This document shows positions 20,268 through 30,059 of a DNA stretch of 64,000 bases, piece after piece; positions within the stretch are counted from its first letter, which is position 1; the number at the start of each line of letters is the position of its first letter. The position numbers and the translations under genes were made by a program. Location of the stretch: the NCBI GenBank assembly GCA_965223855.1, contig CBDCXM010000009.1, positions 3,104,001-3,168,000 on the forward strand, read 5' to 3'. A model generated the notes under the pieces. The model made no database searches, was not told the origin of the DNA, and saw nothing but the letters and a program-made list of their open reading frames with translations. The stretch comes from Candidatus Multivoradales bacterium. GTDB lineage: Bacteria > Acidobacteriota > Thermoanaerobaculia > Multivoradales > JAHEKO01.

Positions 20268-21008
20268 CTAGCTCGAGCTCTCGGGCAGGTAGTCGCCGAG
20301 GAGGTTCCATTCCATGCCGTTTCCCCAGCCTGCGCCGTGGTCGCTCTCGTACCTGCCGGGAGGGGTCGGCTGGACGTGGTGAGAGCCGAACGTGAGCAGG
20401 CTCAGGAGCCGACGAGGGCGAAGATGCCTGCTGGCCCAGGCAAGAGGAGAGTCTCCGTGGGCATCTCGCGCCTCCGGATCGGCGCCGGCATCGAGGAGCA
20501 GGCGAATCGTCTCTTCTTCGGCATAGGCGGCTGCGCGATGCAGCGGCGTCTCGCCGCAGGTTCGGACGTCCCGCATGAAGGCACCGGTCTCGACACCGGG
20601 AGTGGTTCGAGCGTCGACCCGCGCACCACGCTCGAGGAGCAGCCGCACGACACGACTGTAGTAAGGCCTTCCGGCCTTGCAGAGGGCGCTGTGCAGCGCC
20701 GTCTCGCCGGTGTCGGCTTCTGAACCGTTGACGTCGGCCCCCTGAAGGAGCAGGAAGTCACAGACCTTCCAGTGACCGAAGAACGCTGCGTGGCGCAGTT
20801 CCTGGTCCAGGTCGAGAACGGTCAGGTCGCCACCGGCCCGCAGGACCGCCTTGAGCGCCGTCACGTCGTCGTAGTACACGAACCACGACAAGGGGCCGTG
20901 AGGGAGTCCGTCCGACAGAGCCTCTCGCCAGTCGGGAAGATCGAGGAGGTCGAGGACGAGGTCGGTTCTGCCGCGGCGAATGCGATCGACGATGACGGAT
21001 CGGTCCAT
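20268..21008 (-). CDS. Ankyrin repeat protein
   Basis: GETALHSA, GETPLHRAA, GDSPLAWA, LLxxGAD repeats. Confidence 0.9.
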   Translation of the reverse strand: MDRSVIVDRIRRGRTDLVLDLLDLPDWREALSDGLPHGPLSWFVYYDDVTALKAVLRAGGDLTVLDLDQELRHAAFFGHWKVCDFLLLQGADVNGSEADTGETALHSALCKAGRPYYSRVVRLLLERGARVDARTTPGVETGAFMRDVRTCGETPLHRAAAYAEEETIRLLLDAGADPEARDAHGDSPLAWASRHLRPRRLLSLLTFGSHHVQPTPPGRYESDHGAGWGNGMEWNLLGDYLPESSS

Positions 21009-21091
21009 GAAGGAGAGAGTAGCGCAGCCCCTTTACCGCGGATTCCCTGACGCCCGCTCACGAACGCCTCGATCCGCCGTTCTCGATTTGA

Positions 21092-21119
21092 AGTTGACAT
21101 AATATATCTTATCAGACTC
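21092..21119 (-). other. dif-like XerC/XerD recombination site (chromosome dimer resolution)
   Basis: Minus strand GAGTCTGATAA-GATATA-TTATGTCAACT: 11-6-11 architecture resembling E. coli dif GGTGCGCATAA-TGTATA-TTATGTTAAAT; AT-rich island in an intergenic region. Confidence 0.85.
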
Positions 21120-21351
21120 CATCTGCGCGCACTCAGAATGGGTCCGGCGCGCCTCTCCGGCTCGCCGGCTCTCCAACCCCTATCGCTGGACGATCGGATC
21201 GAGCCCCGGACCGACACTCTCCCTCGTGCCATCTCCCCTTCGGAATCTGTCCCCGGCGGCTCGTAGGCTCTATGGAGCCGCGCCCGACGACGCTCACGGT
21301 GCGAGTCCCGTAACCCGCCTGTCGTCAGACACTTGAGCCGATGCCGCGAAC

Positions 21352-21367
21352 TGGCTCGTCCCTTGCT
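21352..21367 (+). promoter_or_regulatory. Putative sigma54 -24/-12 promoter
   Basis: TGGCTCGTCCCTTGCT versus consensus TGGCACG-N4-TTGCW (1 mismatch, exact GG-N10-GC); upstream of an operon encoding a GAFTGA activator. Confidence 0.68.
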
Positions 21368-21509
21368 CCAGCAAGGCACCCGAGCGAACACCGGGCGTGA
21401 CGACCATCCCGGCACGCTGCAGGACCGCACTCGGCCTTCCGCACACCCCTCATCAGGCCGAGACGCGGCCGGCACGCCTCGAACGACTTCCGACAGGAGC
21501 CTTCTCCCC

Positions 21510-22430
21510 ATGCCACGGCGACAGACCCCCTTCCTACCCTCGACCCTCCTCATCCTGCTGTGTCCCCTCCTGGCGCCGCTACCGGCGCTCGCGGGAGGCG
21601 CCTGGCTTCCGGCGCCCGGCGACGGGGAGTTCGCCGTCGGCTACAGCCGCAAGACCGCACATACTTCCTGGGACGATTCCGGCGACGGCTTCGTCAACAC
21701 CGGCCGCTTCGAGAACCACGACTTCCGCTACACGTACCTGTCGGGCGAGTTCGGCCTCAGTGAGCGCTGGGCGGCCCACTTCCTGATCACCCATCTCGAC
21801 GGCCGCGAGGGGCCCACCGGAGAGCTCGAACGCAACAGCGGCCTTTCCGACGCCTGGTTTGGAGTCAAGTACGCGCTCACCACGGGCGAGCTGCGCACAG
21901 CCCTCGACCTCACCCTGCGGACTGCCGAGTTCTACGACATCGACGGACCCTACTCCCGCGATCTCTTCGATGATGACGGCGAGTTTCTCGGCCACAGCCC
22001 TGAGTGGCGCGGCCTTCTCAAGGAGGATCTCACTCTCGAGTGGCAGGTCGGCCGCTCTCTGCGCCAGGGCCGGCAATGGTTCGGAGGCTCGATCGGCTAC
22101 ACCTACCGCACCGGTGCACCGGCCGACCAGATCCCTCTCTCCCTCGAAGGAGGCTGGTGGCACCCCTCGAGGAAGGTCGCCGGCAAGCTCGCCGTCCTGG
22201 CGGTGAGGAGCCTCGGCAACGACTCGGAGCGTCGCGAGGGCGATCGCTTCGGCTCGCGGCCCGGATTCAACTTCAACGACGCCAGCATGGCCAGGCTGGG
22301 TGGCTCGATCCTGGTGCCGCTCGGAAGCAGTACTTCCTGGACGGTCGAAGCCGGGTATAACGTCTGGTTATGGGGCCGCTCCGCACGCCAGTACGAGGAA
22401 CCCTTCTTCGCCGTGAGTCGCCGGTTCTGA
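21510..22430 (+). CDS. Putative outer-membrane beta-barrel protein
   Basis: AGGAG SD, signal peptide ending ALA, alternating amphipathic strands, C-terminal FFAVSRRF. Confidence 0.68.
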   Translation: MPRRQTPFLPSTLLILLCPLLAPLPALAGGAWLPAPGDGEFAVGYSRKTAHTSWDDSGDGFVNTGRFENHDFRYTYLSGEFGLSERWAAHFLITHLDGREGPTGELERNSGLSDAWFGVKYALTTGELRTALDLTLRTAEFYDIDGPYSRDLFDDDGEFLGHSPEWRGLLKEDLTLEWQVGRSLRQGRQWFGGSIGYTYRTGAPADQIPLSLEGGWWHPSRKVAGKLAVLAVRSLGNDSERREGDRFGSRPGFNFNDASMARLGGSILVPLGSSTSWTVEAGYNVWLWGRSARQYEEPFFAVSRRF

Positions 22431-24064
22431 GCCCACGCACGTCCGGCGGCCCGTGGAGCGCTTCGGTGGCGCTCCTTCTCATCGTCGGTCTTCTCGTTCT
22501 CAACGGCGCGGCAATCCGAGAAATCGTCAGTGCACGCGACCGGGCGCGCGCGCTCGCGCAACTCGAGCTCGACCTGCGGGTCGAAGAGCGCTCGCAGGCG
22601 CTGCGTGCCACTCTGGCAGGCCTGCTCCGGGACCTCGCTCAGCTCGCCGACTCCCCACCCCTTGCGGCTGTGCCGGAGCGACTGACGGGCGACGACCCCC
22701 TCGCCAGCCGCTGGGCACGACTCGACGCCGAGGGAGCCTTGCTCCTGTTCGCTCAGCCCCGCCCGGCGGTGAAGGCTCTGGCGCTGGTGGACGAGAGAGG
22801 AGCCGCGGTTCTCGGCGTCCACCGGCGCGGAGACACCCTCCTGTCCGGCCCCTCACTGCGGCCGGGGCCCTCAGCGCTGATCGAAGGGGACGGTCCAGCT
22901 CTCCCGGCGGCTTCGTGGCTCGCCGCCTCCGTTCCGCTCCCCTCCTCCGCTGCGCGCCTCGAAATCCGCATCGACCCGGACCTCGCCCTTCCCGAGGAAC
23001 CGGCGGGCTACGAGCTCGCCGTGTCACCGATCGGCGGCCAGCCTGCGGAATCCACAGGCGAGACCGCCCTTGCAGAAGGCACGGCCGCTCCAATCGAAGC
23101 GAGCCGCAACATCCCCATCGAGGGCTGGCAGCCGGCCTCCGAGCTTCAGATCGTCGGTCGCCAGCAACCGTCCGGCGGTCAGCTGACGACAATGGAACTC
23201 GCCTCCCGGTATCGCCGCACGGTGCTGTGGAACCTGGTCGTCATCGCCGCCCTCTCCGCGACCGTCCTGCTGGCGCTCATCCAGCTCCGCCGGCGCGCCC
23301 GCGCCGAGGCCGCCGCAGCCCACGAGCGGCGGGTCCGGGACCTGGAGCGAGGCCTCGTGCACAAAGAGCGGCTGGCGAGCGTCGGCCGGTTCGCGGCCGG
23401 CATCGCGCACGAGGTCAACAACCCGCTCACCGGATCGTCAAACCACCTGAGCCTGCTGGAAAGCCGCCTCGACGACAGCGACATCGAAGCCGCCCGCAGC
23501 GAGGTCGGCAGGGTGCGCGAGGGGCTCGAGCGCGCCGCCGGCATCGTGCGCCGGACGCTGACCTACGCCGATTCCGGCGCCGAGGTGCGCACCCCGGTAA
23601 GCCTGGTGGAGTCGGCGGAGGAGGCGATCCGCTTTCTGCGCCCCCGCTTCCCGGAGATCCGCTTCGAGCTCGGCTCCCCCGCCGCGCCGATCGTCGTCGC
23701 CAACCCCGTCGCCCTCGGCCAGGTGTTTCTCAATCTGCTGACCAACGCCTGTGAGGTTCAGCGGGGTACCGGAGAGGTGGCGATCCGCCTCGACCTGTGC
23801 GATAGCGTCGCGAGCGTGACGATAGAAGATTCCGGTCCCGGCCTTTCGGACGAAGCGCTGGAGCGGCTCTTCGAGCCGTTCTTCTCCACCCGCGGCTCGA
23901 CCGGCCTCGGGTTGTCGATCTGCCACGGAATCGTCACCGAGCACGGCGGCACGCTTCGAGCGGCGAATCGCGCCGGTGGCGGGGCTCGCTTCACCATCGA
24001 GTTGCCCGCCGCCGAACCCTCCGGGCCAACAGCTGCCGTCTCCTCCACCGGGCTTGCAGGATGA
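22427..24064 (+). CDS. Membrane sensor histidine kinase (NtrB-like)
   Basis: Two TM helices, AHEVNNPL H-box, QVFLNLLTNA, DSGPG, FEPFFST, GLGLSIC; start uncertain. Confidence 0.92.
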   Translation: MSPRTSGGPWSASVALLLIVGLLVLNGAAIREIVSARDRARALAQLELDLRVEERSQALRATLAGLLRDLAQLADSPPLAAVPERLTGDDPLASRWARLDAEGALLLFAQPRPAVKALALVDERGAAVLGVHRRGDTLLSGPSLRPGPSALIEGDGPALPAASWLAASVPLPSSAARLEIRIDPDLALPEEPAGYELAVSPIGGQPAESTGETALAEGTAAPIEASRNIPIEGWQPASELQIVGRQQPSGGQLTTMELASRYRRTVLWNLVVIAALSATVLLALIQLRRRARAEAAAAHERRVRDLERGLVHKERLASVGRFAAGIAHEVNNPLTGSSNHLSLLESRLDDSDIEAARSEVGRVREGLERAAGIVRRTLTYADSGAEVRTPVSLVESAEEAIRFLRPRFPEIRFELGSPAAPIVVANPVALGQVFLNLLTNACEVQRGTGEVAIRLDLCDSVASVTIEDSGPGLSDEALERLFEPFFSTRGSTGLGLSICHGIVTEHGGTLRAANRAGGGARFTIELPAAEPSGPTAAVSSTGLAG

Positions 24065-25431
24065 CAGCCGCCTCCGGCAGTCCGCCGGCGCGGGCGACCA
24101 TTCTGGTCGTCGACGACGAGCCGTACGTCCGCGACTCGTTGGCAGCTCTCCTCGAGAGTCGAGGTTTCCGCACCCGTAGCGCCGGGTCGGTCTCCGAGGC
24201 GCTCGAGGACGGTCGGCTGGCCGGAGTCGATCTGGTGTTGAGCGACCTCAGCATGCCGGAGGCCGGAGGGCTCGAGCTGGTTCGTGCTCTCGCCAGGGCG
24301 GGAGGGCCACCGATCGTCATCCTCACCGCCCACGGGACGGTCGGCTCCGCCGTCGATTGCATGCGAGCCGGTGCCGTCGACTATCTCCTCAAGCCGACCG
24401 ATCCCGACGAACTGACCCTGAAGCTCGACCGGGTCCTGACTCGGACCGAGGAGCACCGCGAGCTGGAGTACCTACGCTCCCGGACCGAGTCCGCCGACGC
24501 ACGGCGCCGTCTCGTCGGCAGTTCGAAGGCCTGGACGAAGGCGGTCGGGCTCGCCCGTACCGCAGCCCCCGCCGACACCTCTGTCCTCCTTCTCGGCGAG
24601 TCCGGGACCGGCAAGGAGATGCTCGCCGGGTTGCTCCACCGCGAGAGCCCGCGGGCGGAGCGACCGTTCGTCGCCGTCAACTGCGCAGCGATTCCCGACG
24701 AGCTGTTCGAGAGCGAGTTCTTCGGCCATCGCAAGGGCGCCTTCACGGGCGCGGTCAGCGATCGCGACGGCCGCTTCCGGATCGCTCACGGCGGGACGCT
24801 CTTCCTCGACGAGGTCGACTCCCTCTCCCCCACCGCCCAGGCGAAGGTGTTGCGGGTGCTCGAGGAGGGAACCTTCCAGAGGGTCGGGGATTCCGAGTCG
24901 ACGCTCGTCGACGTTCGCGTCGTCTGCGCCACCAACTCCGACCTCAGAAGTCGCGTCGCCGAGAAGCTGTTCCGCGAGGACCTCTACTACCGCATCGCGG
25001 TGTTCGAGATCATGGTGCCGGCGCTCCGCGATCGGCCCGGCGACATTGCGGAGCTCGCCGCACACTTCGCCCGCACTCTGGCGCCAAGGCTCGGCAAGGC
25101 GGTCGCACCGCCGGACGAGGAGACCCTGGAGCTGCTGGAGGCCTACTCCTGGCCGGGCAACGTCCGCGAACTGCGCAACGTCATCGAGCGGGCCTTGCTC
25201 CTCGAACAGGGCGAGCGACTGCGGCCCGAGAGCCTCCCTTCGCTGGTCGTCGAAGGCGCCGCCGAGGGGCGCCCCGGCACGCTGCGCGAGGCGCTGGCGG
25301 CGGAAGAGCGGCGGCTCATTCTCCGCAGCCTCGAGGAGGCCGACGGGGTGAAGCGCGAGGCGGCGAGGAGGCTCGGAATCGATGAGCGGAACATGGGCTA
25401 CTACCTGCGCAAGCACGGGCTGCGCAAGTGA
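24061..25431 (+). CDS. Sigma54-dependent response regulator (NtrC/AtoC family)
   Basis: Receiver VVDD...SDLSMP, GESGTGKE, GAFTGA, LFLDEV, WPGNVRELRN, C-terminal Fis-like HTH. Confidence 0.95.
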   Translation: MTAASGSPPARATILVVDDEPYVRDSLAALLESRGFRTRSAGSVSEALEDGRLAGVDLVLSDLSMPEAGGLELVRALARAGGPPIVILTAHGTVGSAVDCMRAGAVDYLLKPTDPDELTLKLDRVLTRTEEHRELEYLRSRTESADARRRLVGSSKAWTKAVGLARTAAPADTSVLLLGESGTGKEMLAGLLHRESPRAERPFVAVNCAAIPDELFESEFFGHRKGAFTGAVSDRDGRFRIAHGGTLFLDEVDSLSPTAQAKVLRVLEEGTFQRVGDSESTLVDVRVVCATNSDLRSRVAEKLFREDLYYRIAVFEIMVPALRDRPGDIAELAAHFARTLAPRLGKAVAPPDEETLELLEAYSWPGNVRELRNVIERALLLEQGERLRPESLPSLVVEGAAEGRPGTLREALAAEERRLILRSLEEADGVKREAARRLGIDERNMGYYLRKHGLRK

Positions 25432-27173
25432 AGCCGATCGCGCCCGGGGCGGCGGCGCAGGAAACCGCAGGCGACAGGAAGCCGACCTCGACAGCACTCT
25501 TCGTGGCCGGCTGCCTGACGCTGTGTCTTCTGGGCGTCGCCTGCGACGAGCGCAGGACCGCCCGGTCCGCCCGGGCCGCCCTTGGGGCGCCCGAAGCCTC
25601 TGACGAAGCGACGGCGGCCGGTGCCGCCTTCGACGTCCTGAGCCCGCCCCCCGGGATCGACTTCTCTCACGACAACGGAGCGACTGTCGACCGCCTCCTG
25701 CCGGAAACGATGGGGTCCGGCGTCGCCGTCTTCGACTACGACGGCGACGGCCGCTACGACCTCTTCTTCGTCAACGGCTCGCCGCAGAGCGCCGCCGCCC
25801 TCTACCGCAACCTCGGCGACGGCCGCTTCGAGGACGTGACGTCGCGTGCCGACGCCGGTGTCCGCCTGACGGGCATGGGCGTCGCAGCGGCGGACGTCGA
25901 TGGGGACGGCGCCGTCGATCTCTTCGTTTCGGGGGTCGGTGGGGATCTGCTGCTGAGCAACCGCGGCGACGGCACGTTCCGCTCCGAGCCCGGCTGGATC
26001 AGTGCCCTGGAGCCCGGTTTCTCCTCGAGCGCCGCCTTCCTCGACGTCGATGCCGACGGCCGGCTCGACCTGTTCGTCGGTCGCTATGTGACGTGGTCGC
26101 CGGAGAGCGACGTCGCCTGCCGTCCGGACGGCGAGCACCGTACGTACTGCACCCCCGAGGTCTATCCCGGAGCAAGCAACCGCCTGCTGCGCAATCGTGG
26201 AGACCGCCGCGGCTTCGCCGCCGCGACCGCCGCCTCCGGGCTCGACCTCTCCGAAGGCAAGACGCTCGGGGTCGTCCCGCTCGACTTCGATCGCGACGGG
26301 CTCGTTGACCTCGCGGTCGGCAACGACACGGTGCGCAACTTCCTCTTCCGCAACCTGGGCGGAACGTTCGAAGAGGTCGGAATGGAGCGGGGCATCGCCC
26401 TGAGCGACTCGGGCGCACCGCGCGGCGCGATGGGGATCGACGCCGGCGACCTCTCGAGTCGCGGAGACGTCGACCTCGTGATCGGCAATTTCGCTCTGGA
26501 GATGGCGGGTCTTTACCGCAACCGCGGCAGCGGTTTCTACAGCGACGGGGCCGCCCTGCTCGGGCTCGGCATCCCGACCCTCCAGACGCTCGCCTTCGGC
26601 ACGGTCGCTACCGACCTCGACCTCGACGGCCGATGCGACATCGTCTTCGCCAACGGCCACATCGAGCCGGACATCGCCGTCGTCCGACCCGGTCAGAGCT
26701 ATGCACAGCCGCTCCAGGTCTTCCGCCAGCGCGGCGACGGCACCGGCTTCGATCTGCTCGACTCGGGCGAGCTGGCAGCCGGCTACGTCGGCCGCGGACT
26801 CGCCACCGGCGATCTGGACGGCGACGGAGACGCCGACCTCGTCCTGACCCAGAACGGAGGCCGACCGGTGATCCTCGCCAATCGTCTTGCCGAACGACCC
26901 GGCCTGACGGTGCGCCCGGTCGCCGTCCGCTCGAGCCCCGCCTTCGGCACGGCCGTCTCGGCCGTCAACGCCCGCACGCCGTCGGGCTTCGAACAGGCAC
27001 TCGTCGCCGGCGGTTCCTATCTGTCGGCCTCGGCGCCGGAGCTCATCTTCGCTCCGTCGGCTTCCCAGGAGCCGACGACGCTCGACGTCAGATGGCCCGA
27101 CGGCCGCCGGTCTCGACTGGCGGCGGCTGCGGCGGGCGGGCACACTCTCGTCCTGCCGAGCCCTGGGGGCTGA
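25428..27173 (+). CDS. CRTAC1/ASPIC-like FG-GAP repeat (lipo)protein
   Basis: Repeated DxDGDGxxDL motifs, PETMGSGVAVFD, GRGLATGDLDGDG; N-terminal hydrophobic stretch ending LGVAC. Confidence 0.88.
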   Translation: MKPIAPGAAAQETAGDRKPTSTALFVAGCLTLCLLGVACDERRTARSARAALGAPEASDEATAAGAAFDVLSPPPGIDFSHDNGATVDRLLPETMGSGVAVFDYDGDGRYDLFFVNGSPQSAAALYRNLGDGRFEDVTSRADAGVRLTGMGVAAADVDGDGAVDLFVSGVGGDLLLSNRGDGTFRSEPGWISALEPGFSSSAAFLDVDADGRLDLFVGRYVTWSPESDVACRPDGEHRTYCTPEVYPGASNRLLRNRGDRRGFAAATAASGLDLSEGKTLGVVPLDFDRDGLVDLAVGNDTVRNFLFRNLGGTFEEVGMERGIALSDSGAPRGAMGIDAGDLSSRGDVDLVIGNFALEMAGLYRNRGSGFYSDGAALLGLGIPTLQTLAFGTVATDLDLDGRCDIVFANGHIEPDIAVVRPGQSYAQPLQVFRQRGDGTGFDLLDSGELAAGYVGRGLATGDLDGDGDADLVLTQNGGRPVILANRLAERPGLTVRPVAVRSSPAFGTAVSAVNARTPSGFEQALVAGGSYLSASAPELIFAPSASQEPTTLDVRWPDGRRSRLAAAAAGGHTLVLPSPGG

Positions 27174-27213
27174 CGGCTCCCGCCCGCAAACAGGAGTTCG
27201 CTACCGCAGCTCT

Positions 27214-27831
27214 CTACTCCGAGACGGCGAGACTCCCGATCCAGGCGTCAAACGCTTCGGCGTTCGCGGTCACGGTCCCCTCCGGTCCGGTGAGCTTGAA
27301 GAACCAGTTCGAGTCCGGGCCCTGCGCGATCGCCCCCAACAGCATGTAGCCCGGGAACGGGCCGGACGGCCCGGCACCCATCCGCATGCCGCCGTCGTAG
27401 GTCCCACGGGTTTCCACCCTCAGAATCCCGAGCCCGCTCACCTCGAGGTCACGCACCGACGAGTCGCTGCTCGGGCCGCCGTCGGCGCCGGTGAACTGCT
27501 GCAACCACCGGTTCACGTTCGCCTCGACATCTCCCCCCTGGCCGGGGCCGAAATAGAAGACGACCGCCTCGGCATCGGCATCGCCCTCGACACCAGGCAC
27601 CCGGAATTGAGCACGCCTCATCGAGGACGAGGGACGCTCCTCCACCCAGCCGTCCGGGGCGGTCCATTGCAGCCGGCCGCCCGGGCCTGCGGTCGACGTC
27701 GCCGGCGGCACCTCGGACACCGGCGACCCGGCGTTCTCTGACGACGACTCCTTCGCGCACGCCGCTCCGAAGAGCGTCCAGGCGACTACGACAACGGCAA
27801 GACCGAACCCGTCCTTCGAGTGTTTGCTCAT
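27214..27831 (-). CDS. Hypothetical lipoprotein
   Basis: Signal ending GAAC; WTAPDGW, SSMRRAQF, ANVNRW, WFFKLTGP motifs. Confidence 0.72.
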   Translation of the reverse strand: MSKHSKDGFGLAVVVVAWTLFGAACAKESSSENAGSPVSEVPPATSTAGPGGRLQWTAPDGWVEERPSSSMRRAQFRVPGVEGDADAEAVVFYFGPGQGGDVEANVNRWLQQFTGADGGPSSDSSVRDLEVSGLGILRVETRGTYDGGMRMGAGPSGPFPGYMLLGAIAQGPDSNWFFKLTGPEGTVTANAEAFDAWIGSLAVSE

Positions 27832-27869
27832 CGGTCGAGGCTACCGCACCCGACCGGTTCCGGCTGCGG

Positions 27870-30059
27870 TCAGTAGACGACGACCGGGATCGTACCGACG
27901 GCCGGTGAAGAGCCGCCGGCACCCGTAGCGACAACCTCCAGCGTGTAGTCGCCGGGGGAGATCGATCCCAGGAGCAGTGTGGCCGCCAGGCGCTGCGCTC
28001 CACCGAGCGTCCCCTGGCCGCCCAGGCTGACCGACGCGTCCAACGGCTCTCCGCCCTCCGCCGGCACGAAGCGCGCCGAGAGCTCCGGCTCCTCGCTATC
28101 GAATCCGTGGGCGAGCAGCATCAGCGGAACCGCCTGACCGGCCGGCAGGATCGGCGCGGCCGCCGGCGCCAGATTGCGCCCCGACGAGGTCTTCAACGGT
28201 TCGCGCACTTCACGCCCCTGTTGGCTCGACTCCTTCCCCATCAGCCAGAGCCCCTGCGGCTCGATGAAGAGCGGCGGCGAAACGATCGGTGCGCCGGCTG
28301 CGAAATCGGGTACGACCACCGTCGCCGCCGCCAGCCCCGACGCCCCGGTGACGGCATTGCGCGCCAGCGCCCGGATCTCGTAGCGGCCGGCGCCGAGCTC
28401 GAAGTGACCGGCGAACTTGAAGCCCCGGGCATCGAGCGCCGACCCGACCCGCGGCAGGTCGAGCAGGACCCCCTCGGAGAAGTAGTCGGTGGCCGTGCCG
28501 CTCGCCGAGATGGCGTAGGCGAAGATCTCGACCGGGAGACGATCGCCGGCGTGGTCCTGCCGCAGCGCAAAGCCGTCGACCTCGACCCAGGTCGACACGT
28601 ACGCCCTACCCCCCTCGCCTCGGAACGGCACGGCGAGGACGGAGACCGGGATCTCGCCACCGACCTCGCCACCCAGCACGCGCTCCGCCGTGGCGAACTG
28701 ACGCTCCTCGGGCGAGAGGTCGGCGTACGAGCGCGGCGCGTAGTAGCCCGGGCGATGCGACACGCGAGCCCCCTTCCCCGCCCCCTTCAGCCGCACCTCG
28801 ATCGGGTGGTAGCTGCCATCGAAGGCGAGCCCCTCGGGCGCCACGCTCAGCAGGTAGGTGACGCTGGTGCGCTCGAGCATCTCGCCCATCGCCACCGACA
28901 GGTCGTTGTAGTTGCGATAGAACTCGCCGCCGGTCTGGTCGGCCATGATGAAGAGGCCGTCCTGCCCGGCCGAGCGGTCCTGGGCGGTCCCTCCGGCCAC
29001 CGTGCCCGCCCGCAACCCGGCGATATCGACCGCCTGGATGGCGCAGTCGCAGCGCCGGAACCGCTCGAGCATGTCGAACACCCCATCCTGAGCCTGCGAG
29101 TTGCCGAAGCGCTCGTCGGAGTCGACCCGGTGTACCTCCCCGAACTGCGCGTCGAGCGTCATCTCCCGCACCCGCTCCTGATCCTCGGTGCCGAGCATCA
29201 CCGAGCTGTCGAACCCTTCCGACAGATAGACGACGTGCTTGCGGCCGCTCGTCGCCGCCAGGTATCCGGCGAGTTCCTCGAGCGAGCCGCTGAGGTTGAG
29301 AATCTGGTTGATCTGCTGGGTGCGCTCGTTGCGCGCGGCGAAACCGCTCAGGTCGCGAATGATCTCGAGGAAGATGCCGTCGCGGTTCGCGCCTTCGCCT
29401 CCTGCCGGACCGAACGTCGCCCCTCCCCCCTGGCCGATCAGATCCTCGAGCCCCGGCTGGATCACCAGCTTGAGTGGGTCGCCCTTGCGAGCGACGGGGT
29501 CGAGCAGGCCGAGCGAGTCGATGGCGGCGCCGAGCTGCAGACGATCGCTGGTGAAGCCGAGCACCAGGTCGGCACCGCGCGTTTCCGCGTAGGTCGCCAC
29601 GGCGACGAAGTCGGTCGCGTGCAACCCCTCGGCGACGAAGTCGTGTGCCGCCGCGCGCGCCTTGACGACCGAACCCGGATTCGAGAAGGAAAGATCGAAC
29701 AGCAGCAGGAAGTGCCGCCGCGCCGCCACCGGCACGCCGGGACCGACCGCAGTTTCCACCGACTCCTCGACCTCGGCCAGATCGACGACCTCGAAGCCGA
29801 CGATCGGCAGCTCCTTCTTCCCCTCGACGACGCGGAAGTCCTCCGCATCCAGCCCCCGGACCGGGTCGCCGTCCCTGACGACGTGGACGGGGATTTCGAC
29901 CTGAAGCACGTCGGCTCGCGAGCCGAACGGACGATCGGCTCCCCGCTCCTGGGCGCCGACGGGCATTCCGGAGCCGACGCCTGCCGCAAGCAGCAGGAGG
30001 GCGGCTGCCCGGACAGGAATCCTCGAGGCGGTTCCGCTGTATTCTCTCTTCGTGCGCAC
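27870..30059 (-). CDS. VWA domain-containing secreted protein (acidobacterial VWFA type)
   Basis: PVRGLDAEDF, LLFDLS, GRKHVVYLSEG, ADQTGG, RPGYYA; signal-like hydrophobic stretch; start uncertain. Confidence 0.8.
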   Translation of the reverse strand: MRTKREYSGTASRIPVRAAALLLLAAGVGSGMPVGAQERGADRPFGSRADVLQVEIPVHVVRDGDPVRGLDAEDFRVVEGKKELPIVGFEVVDLAEVEESVETAVGPGVPVAARRHFLLLFDLSFSNPGSVVKARAAAHDFVAEGLHATDFVAVATYAETRGADLVLGFTSDRLQLGAAIDSLGLLDPVARKGDPLKLVIQPGLEDLIGQGGGATFGPAGGEGANRDGIFLEIIRDLSGFAARNERTQQINQILNLSGSLEELAGYLAATSGRKHVVYLSEGFDSSVMLGTEDQERVREMTLDAQFGEVHRVDSDERFGNSQAQDGVFDMLERFRRCDCAIQAVDIAGLRAGTVAGGTAQDRSAGQDGLFIMADQTGGEFYRNYNDLSVAMGEMLERTSVTYLLSVAPEGLAFDGSYHPIEVRLKGAGKGARVSHRPGYYAPRSYADLSPEERQFATAERVLGGEVGGEIPVSVLAVPFRGEGGRAYVSTWVEVDGFALRQDHAGDRLPVEIFAYAISASGTATDYFSEGVLLDLPRVGSALDARGFKFAGHFELGAGRYEIRALARNAVTGASGLAAATVVVPDFAAGAPIVSPPLFIEPQGLWLMGKESSQQGREVREPLKTSSGRNLAPAAAPILPAGQAVPLMLLAHGFDSEEPELSARFVPAEGGEPLDASVSLGGQGTLGGAQRLAATLLLGSISPGDYTLEVVATGAGGSSPAVGTIPVVVY

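Noticed and set aside
21094-21099. TTGACA as a sigma70 -35 box
   Set aside because: No -10 at 16-18 bp; better explained as the XerD arm of the dif-like site
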